Assembly: GCF_018350175.1 (NCBI RefSeq)
Contig: NC_058373.1
Span: 115,136,001-115,200,000, forward strand
Direction: 5' to 3'
DNA from: Felis catus
Lineage: Eukaryota
DNA length: 64,000 nt
The stretch's first letter is position 1, and each line of letters begins with the position of its first letter. Of this stretch, positions 50,451 through 61,653 are shown in pieces. The notes under the pieces were generated by a model, which was not told the DNA's origin, ran no database searches, and saw only the letters and a program-made list of their open reading frames with translations. The position numbers were made by a program, and so were the translations under genes.

Positions 50451-50673
50451 TTTTTAAATTTTTTTTTCAACGTTTTTTATTTATTTTTGGGGTAGAGAGA
50501 GACAGAGCATGAACGGGGGAGGGGCAGAGAGAGAGGGAGACACAGAATCGGAAACAGGCTCCAGGCTTTGAGCCGTCAGCACAGAGCCTGACGCGGGGCT
50601 CGAACTCACGGACCGCGAGATCGTGACCTGGCTGAAGTCGGATGCTCAACCGACTGCGCCACCCAGGCGCCCC
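50451..50673 (-). mobile_element. Young CanSINE (SINEC_Fc1-like) inside the LTR
   Basis: Perfect 16-bp TSD tgggagtggttgtttt at 50435-50450 and 50674-50689. Confidence 0.96.
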
Positions 50674-51491
50674 TGGGAGTGGTTGTTTTGAATGAAAGTA
50701 CATTGGAGAAAAGCAAAAGTTCTGAGTGATGATGATTTCTCATTGGCTGAGTTACAGGGGTAATCAGTTTCTTGTAGGAGATGCAGTGTTCATCTTTTGG
50801 GGCCTGCCATTGAGGATTCTTTCCACTGAGATGTTCTGTTAGGGGTCTGTGATTGACCGTTCCTCCTGTAACAGACGTGGAGTGGTAGGGCTCTCCCTTC
50901 CATCTGCCCCTTCTAGCCTCCTGAGTGTACTTTAGTGAGGCTTCTCTTAATTAATTTTCACACCTCAGACTCACAATCTGTTAGTTACACCTTGTGTGTC
51001 ACAAGGAGACCCAGTCACATCTTTCTTCAGAAAGACCATTTAGATCTTTACCCCTCAATTACTGGTGAGTGTTTTTTAAGGAACTGTGGTGTTTTGGTGT
51101 GTTTAGGCCATCACCTCGGCTGCTCTCTGCCACCATCCATAGCTAGAAGTTGACACCAATTATTTCCTTTCGGTATTGCAGTTGGATCGTGCCTCTGTGG
51201 GTAGCAGCGTCCCGTCGAGCACCTGGGAGAAGGACGCTGCCTGACTGCTGTTGGGTGGCACATGGCAGAGGCTGATTATGTGGGGCTTGGGCAAAGATAC
51301 CCCAGTGACCCTGTGTGTTCTGGGAGCTGGCAGAAAGTCAGCCCACTGCCTAATTCTAGGTCACATCCCCATTCTGCATTTAGTGACAACCTTCCTTTCA
51401 CATGTTCCTCCAGGAAGATTTTCAGTCTTAGCTGAAAATGCCTCTGACTACTCTTAGCACTCAGAGATTAGTGAAGGAAACTGTCTTCCTT

Positions 51492-51517
51492 CCCCCCCCC
51501 CCCCCCCCCCCCCCCCC
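51492..51517. repeat. poly(C)26 tract
   Basis: Direct reading. Confidence 0.93.
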
Positions 51518-51719
51518 GCTGCTCTGGGAAAACATGGGCTCACTTGAGATATGAGCTGAGTCCTCTGGGCACCGGTAAACTCACCAGTCCACACTCTTCT
51601 CCAGACAGGAATCAGCTACAACTTTTGTCAGATGTATCCCACCCCCATGTTATACTTTTGTAGGGCTTGGGGTAAATGCTTTTCAGCAGGCCTCGGTAAT
51701 TAAGGAGCTTTGTAAGAGG

Positions 51720-51915
51720 GGAAGGACAAACCAGAGTTTGGAATCCAGACTCCTAATGCTTAGTAGCCATGTAACCCCAGACCCGTTAATTTTCAAAGCT
51801 TCAGTTTATTCATCTGAGCAAACCGAGTATTTTACCACCTTCCTGGTAGAGTCAGAAAATTAAATAGGATGGCAGCTTTAAAGTGCCCATGGTGGTGCCT
51901 AGTGATACATGTTAA
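51720..51915 (+). mobile_element. MIR fragment
   Basis: ttggaatccagactcc...agcttcagtttattcatctg...aaagtgcc...gtgcct. Confidence 0.55.
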
Positions 51916-53534
51916 TTCTCTTCCTCTCTTCTACCCTGTTGAACAACAGAAATCATTAAATTTGTTTTAAATTTAAATTTGTGTTTCTTGGAGGCCTACT
52001 GTGTGTGCTTGGCACTGGCCTTGGCATTAGGAGTTACCAGTAGAGTCTGAAATGAAACCACAACTTGGATCTTTGTGCCCGAGTCCAAGCCAGACTGCTA
52101 ATTACTGCCTGCTTATCGGTTTCCCTTCTGGAGTTGGACAGTGCCTTAGGCCGCAGACTGGGGCCTTCCTGCAGAGGACTAGCATGCATCCTTCTTGGAG
52201 GTGGGGAATTCTGAGGGGGGAGGGCAAACATATGTGCAGTTTAGTTAGGTCATAGGATGAAGGAGGTGAGACCAGGAAGTAGTGGTTGCTGAAAAAAAAG
52301 AAAAATAAACACCATCCACTTTCCCTTAACTCTTTCACTGCCACTCTCAAGGAGTGCATAGTCACATTTGTTCCTGCCCATGGAGTGGCTTGGCTCCTAG
52401 CTCTGCTGTCATCCCACTCTCCTGTGGGCTGTGCTCTGTAGGTCACCGCACTGGGTGGGGCAGTTCAGACACCAAGTGGCCCAGGCCTGGAGGGAGTAGG
52501 ATGAAGGCCAGTGGTCCTCCAGGCTGCCCTCTTTTTTAGCAGCCATGACAGGAATTGGGGGAGCGGGGGCGCGGTGTGCAGCCACAGCTGGCAGCCTGTT
52601 CCCCTGTGTCCTTGAGCTGCGAGAACAGGAGGAGGTAAAAGGGTAACGGGCCATATGGAGGCCATTTGTCGGTCAAGAGCAGCCCATGGGGAAAGGGGCT
52701 GGTGTTGCTGAGCTGCAGCAAGGGGAGAGCAGAGACCCCCCAAAGTGCTTGTCCTGCTCTGTTCTCTGCCTGTGCTCTCTCCAAATGGCCAGACGGTCCT
52801 GAAGCAACCTTCTTATCTTTGCTAAAGCTTTGCCCTACCCCATTCTGAAAATCGGAGGTAAGGGTCTGGTTAGCTATGTGAGAAGGCGTGTACCTCACAT
52901 GTGCCAGTCATCATGCAGGCATCTTGTAGGTGAGCAGTTCTGTCATGCCTCTAAAACACTACTTGGAGGTGCATATGCCTCTCAGGGACTAAGGCTCGAA
53001 ACAGTTTAGGCATTTGACAGGGTTGCGGATGGGGCCCCTGGGTCAAACGTAGATTCATCTGGCTGACCTCCAGGACCATGCTCTGACCTGTCATGGCCCT
53101 GGTCCTGTCAGGCTGAGAGTATATTTTCATGGCATACACCAGATTTAGAGAACATGAGAGGCACCATGCAGAGGGCTCCTCTTTGCTGTTGTCTGTTCTT
53201 GCCTCATGTCGAATCAGAAACCACATGGCCCTTTGCAATTAAAAACATGACAGTGCCTTGAAATGTGGGCAGAATTTTGCAAGTCAAAGCAGTTTTCTAC
53301 TAAGCATCTACGAACTGCCAGATTCTATGCCAAGATCTGGGGATACAAAAATGAGCGGAACAAATGCTTGCCCTACAGCTTGGGTGGGTGAGTGGGTAGG
53401 TGGGGACAGTGGAGAGGAGGGGGAAGGACTGACCTGTGAGAAAGTAATTGTTGCAGAGACAATGATGTGGTGGTAGTTTATAGAGAAGAACGAAGATGTT
53501 ATGGGAACACAGAAGAGGAATAATAAAGCTACTG

Positions 53535-53700
53535 TTTATTGAACACTGAGTGTGTGACAGACCCAGTACCAGGCGCTTCACCTGTATAATTGTGATTAAT
53601 CTGCTCAGCCACCCTGTGAGGTAGACACCTGTACTTTAGTATCCCTATTTTACAAGCAAGGAAACTAAGGAATGGGCAGATGTGCCCACGCCCTACACGG
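53535..53700 (-). mobile_element. MIR
   Basis: tttattgaacact...caccctgtgaggtag...atccctattttacaagcaaggaaactaagg. Confidence 0.7.
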
Positions 53701-54989
53701 TGGGTAGCCGTCGGCAGCGTGACTCCGTGCTCTCGCTCTAGGCCCATGTTGATAGTGCTACCCTGTGCTGCTTTGTTCTCCCTGGCAGTGCCCTTTGGAA
53801 TGGTTTTCTAGAGTGGGTGACCTTTGAACTGAATCTTGAGTGATGGGTGGCATTCCAGCTGAGCCATGTGCTTTCAGGTCAGGGTTTAGAGGAGAGAAAC
53901 AGCACTTCTTTCGAAATGACTGTGGGTTTGCTGGCTGCTTCCAGGTTACGGGAGTAACCTGCAGTGGGCTGCAGTGAAGAAAACATTCCCCCTCATTGGC
54001 TCTGAAGCCGCTGGCTGGCATTTCCCTTTCCTGTGAGGCGGAGGGAGAGAGTGAGGGACCCCGACCCAAGATAAGACTGAGAGGTTCTGAAGCCAGACCC
54101 ATTTGTGAGTTACTAGTCTTCCGGAGCAGGGCTTCCCCTAGGTCTCTGTGGGGTTGGGATGGGAGGGTGCAGTGGGGGTGGGGGATACGGTAGGGGAGGA
54201 AGGGGGGGCCTGGGAGGAGCAGTGGGGGCAGCCTAAGCCATGGGCGGGTTCCCCCTTTCCTCCAACGCCCCAGCCTCAGGGCCACACCCTGGGAAAGGCC
54301 TGAGCTGTGGCAGTCTGGCCCTCCCCCAGTGCGTGGGAAGTTCTCATGAGAAAAGGGATCCTGGCTGGACAATGGCTTCCTGTCTGACTGCTGGGAAGGT
54401 TTGTCTTAGAGGAGAGGAAGGTTGCAAATGGCATGAGAAATTGTCTCTCCCCTCTCGCTGCCGCCTGTTTTAGACTTCTGACTATTTGAGTGGGGGGTCA
54501 GGAAGGCGGAAAGCCAGGGAAATCCATGGACAGAAGCAGCCCTTGGGTATCTCTTGAGCAAGTGAACTCCTCCTGCCTGTTTCCCTGTTCCCACTACACA
54601 CCCAAGGCAGGAATCTGCCCAGATGGATGCAGGAGCTTCTGTGCAGACAGGATGCTTTCCTCAAGCCTCTCACGCCTTGTGCTCAATTTAAAGCCTCCAT
54701 GGCTACATGTAGGACTTTGATGAAGGAACCTTGAGTAGGTGGGTGAGGCCAGCAACTCACCCAACTCAAAACAAATTTGCAAATGTCAGAAGAGACCTCA
54801 GAGGTCATCTGGTTCAGTACCATCATGTACCGGAACTGAGGCTCGGAGAGGCCACTGCCCACAGGCAGTACCCTTTGTCACTGGCCTCACTTTTCGGGAT
54901 GTGGATGTGGGAGGAGAACCTGTGCCCGCAGACCCTCTGTTTCTGCCCAGTGCCGTGGAGAGGGAAGGCAGCCTTTCGGGTTCACACGT

Positions 54990-55175
54990 GACTCTGCCCC
55001 TTTCCTGCTAGGTGGCCTTGAGCAAGTTTCTGAACTTCTCTCACACTCACTCAATTTGCCCATCTGTATAATACTGTAATAATATGTTTCTTACAAGGTC
55101 TTTGTGAAGCTTAAATGAGTTACACATGTAAAGTGCTTGGAATGGCACTTGGCATTTATAGTAGATGGTTAATAA
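54990..55175 (+). mobile_element. MIR
   Basis: ccttgagcaagttt...catctgtataat...ttaaatgagttacacatgtaaagtgcttggaatgg. Confidence 0.75.
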
Positions 55176-55894
55176 ATATGAGCTGTTAGTACTGAGATTT
55201 TTAAAGGAGGCTTCAGAAAAAAAAACTTTTCACTATAGTCAGATGTGATTATTACCCTGCACCCCTGCCTCTTTGCATTTGTCTGGAATGCCCAGTCCCA
55301 ACATTCTTGGGAGGTTTTCATGAGGAGAATCACCTTCTCTTTGAGCCTTTTCACACTATAGTATGACTTTTCCTTTCACATATAGAGTAGCTAGGTGTTC
55401 CAGAAGCTCCAGGCCTAGTTTATCAGGGTATGAGCCACAGAATGGAACCTGGTGTCCTGCCCTCCCCTGCAGGCCCAGGTCAGCTTAGTGGTCAAGCCTG
55501 CAGCCTAAGAACCAGAGTAGAGTGCCTGTTGAATCCAGCATCATTATTTACAAATGTGTGTTTTGGGGCAAATTACTCAACGCAGCTGAGCCTCATTGTT
55601 CTTAGGAGAAAATACAGTCCCTGCTTCATGTAAAGAGAGAACTCACAAGTGTGCCTGGCACATGTAATAATCTATTTGCAGTAATTATTACTTTCCTTGT
55701 TTTATGTCCAAAAAAACAAAAACCCCAAACTGCACATTTGAATACCCTTTTTGTCTGTTTTTACCTTGCTTTTTTCTCTGGCTCCACTTATAATAAACCG
55801 TTGAGGGCTACAAGTAGAAATTGGACCTTCACATATCAAGAAGGGATTTTGAGAGCAAGCACATAAACAGTACCTTTTAAAACAACCTTCCGGG

Positions 55895-56127
55895 GGGGCG
55901 CCTGGGTGGCTCAGTCGGTTAAGCGGCCGACTTCAGCTCAGGTCACGATCTCGCGGTCCGTGAGTTCGAGCCCCGCGTCGGGCTCTGGGCTGATGGCTCA
56001 GAGCCTGGAGCCTGCTTCCGATTCTGTGTCTCCCTCTCTCTCTGCCCTTCCCCCGTTCATGCTCTGTCTGTCTCTGTCTCAAAAATAAATAAAACGTTAA
56101 AAAAAAAAAAATTAAAAAAAAAAAAAA
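55895..56127 (+). mobile_element. Young CanSINE
   Basis: CpG-rich; perfect 17-bp TSD taaaacaaccttccggg at 55878-55894 and 56128-56144. Confidence 0.96.
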
Positions 56128-56144
56128 TAAAACAACCTTCCGGG

Positions 56145-56342
56145 GGGGCGCCTGGGTGGCTCAGTTGGTTGAGCTTCCAACTTCAGCCCAGGTCATGATC
56201 TCACAGTTTATGAGTTCGAGCCGCGTGTTGGGCTCCGTGCTAACAGGCTCAGAGCTTGGAGCCTGCTTCAGATTCTGTGTTTCCCTCTCTGTCTGCCCCT
56301 CCCCTGCTCATTCTCAAAAATAAACAAACATTAAAAAAAAAA
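56145..56342 (+). mobile_element. CanSINE (older), directly tandem to the previous one
   Basis: ggggcgcctgggtggctcagttgg head; aataaac and A tail. Confidence 0.93.
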
Positions 56343-56486
56343 GTAGAACGACCGGCTAGGCCCCTGGCGGGGGGGGGGACCCGGGGGGGACCCTCCTGCC
56401 CCTGTGGCGTGCTTCTGAACCTTTCCACTGCTTTCAGATCGCCAGACTCCCCCTCTGACTCTCAGACAAGGACTCTTCTCCTGGAT

Positions 56487-57002
56487 CTGTGCTGTCCAGT
56501 ACAGTGAATCCAAGCCCCATGTGGCTACTGAGAACCTGAAGTGTGGTTAGTTTGAGTTGAGATGTGCTGACTTACTATGGAAAAAAAAAATTAGATATCT
56601 CTTTAAAATAGAAAAATTATATTTTATATAAATTAGGTTAAGGCAGATTATTAAGATTAATTTCATGTGTTTCCTTTTACTTTTTCACCATGGCTACTAG
56701 AAAATTTTAAATTACCCATGTTGGGGTGCCTGGGTGGCTCGGTCAAGTATCTGACTTCAGCTTAGGTCACCATCTCGCGGTTCGTGGATTCGAGCCCCGC
56801 ATCAGGCTCTGTGCTGACAGCTCAGAGCCTGGAACCTGCTTCAGATTCTGTGTCTCCCTCTCTCTCTGCCCCTCCCCCGCTCACGCTCTCTCTCAAACTC
56901 TGACCCTCCCCTGCTCACACTCTGTCTCTCTCAAAAACAAACATTAAAAAAATATATAAAATTACCTATGTGGCTGCATTATATTTCTGTTGGACAGTGC
57001 TG
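56487..57002. mobile_element. MER33-like hAT-Charlie element, interrupted by a SINE
   Basis: Termini ctgtgctgtcca and tggacagtgctg; 8-bp TSD tcctggat/tgctggat; internal catgtggctactgag and gctactagaaaattttaaattac. Confidence 0.85.
56723..56958 (+). mobile_element. CanSINE inside MER33
   Basis: TSD aaattacc(c/t)atgt at 56709-56721 and 56959-56971. Confidence 0.93.
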
Positions 57003-58422
57003 TGCTGGATGTGTGATATCCACCCATTCCTTCCTCCCATCCTTATTTTTTCTGATCCTATTTCTCTTCTTTGCCACTGGTTCTTACCTTCCTCTGGTTG
57101 CCAGCAGTGCTCCTTACCTGAATTAGATGGTCTCTGACAAGGACGGCCCAGGCTAATAGAAGAGTTCACCTTTTAACACTTCCTTCTTTGCTTTGCATTA
57201 GAGTTGGCCGTGTGTGAGTCTGTACTCTCTAAGCTTTCTGAGGGCACAGTCTTGTCACATTTACATTTATGGCCTCCTAGAGCAGCCTGTGGAGAGATGG
57301 GGGCTCTGAGTTACAACCAGAGACATTTACAATTCTGCCTCCGTGGTGTCCCTGATTATTACGACTGCTGCGTGGGTGTGCTGGGTTTGGGGAAGCCTTT
57401 TTCTTCTCCCCTTAATTCCCAGGAAAGCTTTTCTCCAGCCATCCTTTCTTTGGATGCTTTGATTAAGCACCTACTTCTCTGTGCTTCATGTTATGTTCTA
57501 AATGCTGCTGCTCTGATTTTAGTCTAAAACTACATTATTTCAAACTTGTGCATGAACACTGACCAGTTTCTTAAGCCCTCAGTCAGTGTTTTAGAGTATG
57601 GTGTTTTCTTGATAACTGACGTCAGCCAGAAATCTCTTTTGTTGAGTCTTTTTTTAAATGCACCAGGTATTTAAATGTCTATTTGCCTTCCTCACACTGA
57701 CCTTCACACTCCCTACTCCTCATACCTCATTTTGAAGGGGCTCAAGTGCTTGTTCAAGTGTGTTACACTGAACAGTTTGATCCGGGGCCCTCTCCTGGAG
57801 CTCATTTTGATTTGCTTGTTATGGAATCTTACAAAGTTGGTTTTGTTTATTGCCTCCTCCTTCTAAAAGGCTGGTCCTCAGGACACAAAAGCAAAGCCCA
57901 TTTAGAAGGGCTAATCAAGGGTTCTTGTTTTCTACTGAGGGTTGTAGGCTGCAGTGACTTGGAGGTGGAAGGATCAGCCAGCTTATTTTGCATCTTCTCC
58001 TTCTGCATCCTCCCCAGGTGGCTGAATCGTCTTTCTCTGAGGCCCCTGAAGAACTACTTTGCTGCTTCCTGTGCTTACTGGAGGCCTAAATGGTTGTAGG
58101 AGATAATGGAAAGCAGAGAAGGAAGCTAAGGAGAACTAATTGATTTTTTTCCTGTAAAATTTCTATCTTCTGGCTTTCTCCCTCTCTTTTTACAATTACG
58201 CGGCTTGACCAAATCAGATGAGTTCATTGTCTTCTTGCAGTTTAGAACCGAGCTTAAAACTCCCTCTGAGAACCTTGGGTTGTCAGAGAGAGAGGCTGAG
58301 ATTAAGATTAAGGTAGCCTCTTGCCCAGGATGGTGGCTTCCAGAAGCCTCTGGATGATTATTTGCTCTTCCTGATGTTCTTCCATTTCTTGTTAACCCAG
58401 GCATCACTGAGAGGGTCCTTTT

Positions 58423-58653
58423 TTTTTTTTTTTTTTTAAATTTTTTTTTTCAACGTTTATTTATTTTTGGGACAGAGAGAGACAGAGCATGAATGGGGGA
58501 GGGACAGAGAGAGGGGGAGACACAGAATCAGAAACAGGCTCCAGGCTCTGAGCCATCAGCCCTGAGCCTGACGTGGGGCTCGAACTCACGGACCGCGAGA
58601 TCGTGATCTGGCTAAAGTCGGACGCTTAACCGACTGCGCCACCCAGGCGCCCC
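58423..58653 (-). mobile_element. Young CanSINE (SINEC_Fc1-like)
   Basis: Perfect 14-bp TSD gagagggtcctttt at 58409-58422 and 58654-58667. Confidence 0.96.
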
Positions 58654-58680
58654 GAGAGGGTCCTTTTGAACACCTCTTTT

Positions 58681-58895
58681 ATAAGATTTTTTTTTTAAGT
58701 TTTTTATGTCTATTTATTTTTGAGAGAGCACGAGCAGGGGAGGGGCAGAGAGAGAGGGAGACACAGAATCCGAAGCAGGCTCCATGTTCTGAGCTGTCAG
58801 CACAGAGCCTGATGCGGGGCTCGAACCCACAAACCACGAGATCACGACCCAAACTGAAGTCGGACGCTTAACCAACTGAGCCACCCTGGCGCCCC
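58681..58895 (-). mobile_element. CanSINE
   Basis: TSD gaacacct at 58668-58675 and 58896-58903. Confidence 0.93.
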
Positions 58896-60659
58896 GAACA
58901 CCTGCTCTTTGCCACAACTCTCCCACTCTGCTGTTTGCCTGGGCAAGAAGGCCATGTTTTTTTCTTGTGTTCTTGGTGTCTTAACATGACCTTGCCCCCT
59001 CCCCCTTTTTTTTTAACCTCCATAGCCTCCTTACTTCCCTGGACCGGGGGCAGCCTCTTTGCAATGCTGAGCCCTATGCATTTGACTGGTTTCCTTTAGC
59101 CTTCACAGATAATGTAAAAGAACCTATGTGCATATATTTGACCGTACTAGGGTTGCTGTACTGTTGACAAACTTTAAGGCTCCCTCCAGCTTTGTCCATC
59201 TTTGATCAGATTCAGTTCTTCTTATAATTCTGCCCTTCTCAAGACCCCTCAGAAGCTTCCCTTGTCCTTTGAACATGTTACAAACACCTCCTGTTGCAGT
59301 CAAGACTGTCTGCCAGATGGTCTCATTGCTTGCCACTTTTTTTTTTGCACTAAACTTGCCTTATGCTAGGTGATCTCAAAGGTTCTCTAGATTTGGGCTT
59401 TACCGGCAGGAATACCAGCAGCAGGAGTGGCTTTAGAATCTGCAGCTTTTCCTCTGAGACCATCTTTCCCAGCACATTGGACCTGTGAGTGGGTCCTGCC
59501 TGCTTTCGGAAGCTGCCCTGGGGTGCTCAGCATTAATTATGCTGAGGAAATGACCCAATTAGACACAGTGCTAGGAGAGCCAGGGGATCTGTGGCAGCCT
59601 TGTTGCCCTGAACAAAAGAGGGAAAATGTAAAGAGTAAAGCAGTTTACAGAGGTTCCTTTGGAAATCCAGCTGGACAGCTTTTTGAACTAGTTGGCCAAA
59701 GTTGCAAGAGACACCAGGAGTGTGGTGGGTCTGTCTTCCTCCTGTTTAAGACTTTGGGTGAGGTGGGTGGCGTGGGAAGAATCTGGAGAAGGCGTGTCTC
59801 TAGAGGGCACTGGGGCACTTACTTGGGCTCATCTGCTAGTTTCAGAGAAGCTGCCCAGACCTCTTCTTGTGCATCCCTGTGGCACCCACCCTGGCGTTAT
59901 TGTCTGATAAATCTTTATAGATGAGTCTTTTCTCCTCATCTCAGCAATACACACCTTGAAGGCGGGGAGCCATCATCTCTTTCTCGACATGACCTACCCC
60001 CCAGCCTGGCTGGCAGTCTGCCTGCTTACTGGCAGTCTTTAGGTTGAAGGGAAGTGGTATTTGATAAGAGGCTGTAAGGGCATCTCTGTGCAAGGGAGCG
60101 GTGGGCAGTCTTGTGAGTGGGAGAGGGTTCAGTCAGGCTCCAGGTCCGTTAGAGGAAGTGGAAAAAAAAAAAAACCAGTTCTTATTTTCATACCGATGTT
60201 CTTGTGATAATCAGGATGGGGGCAGGATATTTGTCAGCAAAATCAAATGTCCTTTGGAATTTTCTATCTTTTATATTAGTAAGGCTTTTGGAAAGTTGAA
60301 GTTCATGGTACCTGGCCATCCTGCCAGCATGTCTTCTCCCCCAGCCTAGCCTTCCAAACAGAATTTCCTTTAGTGCCCCTGTTGTGTATCTCCTGTTAGG
60401 GCTAAGCACACCCCACAGTCCATTGCCTGACTTTAACTCTGCAGCGTCAGTCTAGAATTGGAGGTTCAGGCCATGGAATCAGAGGTCACCCTTCTCATCA
60501 GGCCGCTTAGACCTTCCTGTTCCTCTGACTTACTGCTACAGCTCATCTACACCAGGGTTCTCACCACGCTTGGACTCCGTTTGCCTAACTGACCTGTTTG
60601 AAAGGAGGTGACCAGGACATGCATACTTCTTAAAGGCCCACTCAGCTCCTGGGGTAGAA

Positions 60660-60860
60660 GCAGTGTCTGCTGGTGGAAAGAGCACAGGTTTTAGAGTCAG
60701 AAGACTCGACCCTGCTCTCGGGTCTGCCCTATACAGTGCCTTACGCTTGGCTAAAGTCATTTAACTTCTGTGGGTCAGTGTCCTCATCGACAAAGGGGAG
60801 TAATGATAACTAGGTCTTGGAGCTGTCAGAATAAAGGGATAGAAGGTGAAGATGCTTTTA
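60660..60860 (+). mobile_element. MIR
   Basis: ggaaagagcacaggttttagagtcagaaga...aagtcatttaacttctgtgggtcagtgtcctcatc. Confidence 0.7.
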
Positions 60861-61455
60861 AAGCTAAATAGTCTCGCCTGAGCGAAAGCGGTGGGCTTTA
60901 CTGTGGGATGGAGACCAGTGCTGGCGGGGACTTCTCCAGTCAGGAGGAGGGCAGTACATGGGGGCTTGGGAGGGCCAGGAAATCCATCAGAAATCCCCTC
61001 TCAGGCCACGAAGGCACATTTTTATCACACCATGGCGTCTTTTCTGGTATTGTTATCAGAAACAGGGCTAACGTTTCCCTTGCACAGGTTGACAGTGTTT
61101 TACCACCTTTCACTCTGATTCATTGTGTGTTTCAGTAGGTTTTATGAAAACCATATGATGTGCTAGGTCTCTGAGTTCACGACTGTCAGAGTCTGTCACT
61201 CCCTCATGGGTGTGGTTCTCCCAAGGCACATACAGAGCAAGAGGGGAAATGTTGCAAGCAGCCAGACTTTCCCTGCGGCCAGCGTGCTTCCTTTCGTCAC
61301 TGGCAACCTGAATTTCCAGAGTTTGGCCAACAGCCTTTCTAAGAGAATGGCTCTCAGATCCTCCTGCATTTCCTGTCCTCCTCGGCAGCACGGACAGGAT
61401 CCCACTGGGAAACCTCACTGCTGTATCCCCACGCACTCTCTCTCTGTCTTTGCAG

Positions 61456-61653
61456 TGTGTTCCCTACCCCCGGAGCCAGAGAATGGTGGCTATATCTGCC
61501 ACCCCCGGCCCTGCAGAGACCCCCTGAACGCGGGCAGCGTCATTGAGTACCTGTGTGCTGAAGGCTACATGTTGAAGGGTGATTACAAGTACCTGACGTG
61601 TAAGAATGGAGAATGGAAACCAGCCATGGAGATTAGCTGCCGTCTCAATGAGG
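61456..61653 (+). CDS. SUSD6: SUSD6 exon encoding the sushi (CCP/SCR) domain, (V)CSLPPEPENGGYICHPRPCRDPLNAGSVIEYLCAEGYMLKGDYKYLTCKNGEWKPAMEISCRLNE; 198 nt, phase 1-1
   Basis: Acceptor tttgcag|TG and donor GAGG|gtcagt; CCP pattern C-x-x-P-P...NG...Y-x-C-x-x-GY-x-L-x-G...C...G-x-W...C. Confidence 0.97.

Larger units (their letters stand above)
50042..50962 (-). mobile_element. Solo ERV1-type LTR interrupted by two SINEs
   Basis: Minus strand begins TGTGAAAATTAATT and ends TTTATTTTTAAGGTTAGCA (TG...CA termini); CCAAT box (cattggct on + strand, about 50741); polyA-signal-like gtaaaccc near its 3' end; family assigned by eye. Confidence 0.65.
21746..61455 (+). other. SUSD6: SUSD6 intron, 39,710 nt, GT-AG, phase 1
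   Basis: Starts gtgggt and ends ctctctctctgtctttgcag; the flanking exons join in frame. Confidence 0.9.

Noticed and set aside
53758..54372. Longest minus-strand ORF (204 aa); likewise 26528-27106 (192 aa) and 32057-32581 (174 aa)
   Set aside because: No recognisable domain; biased or low-complexity composition (G-rich tract, hexamer repeat); two have non-ATG starts
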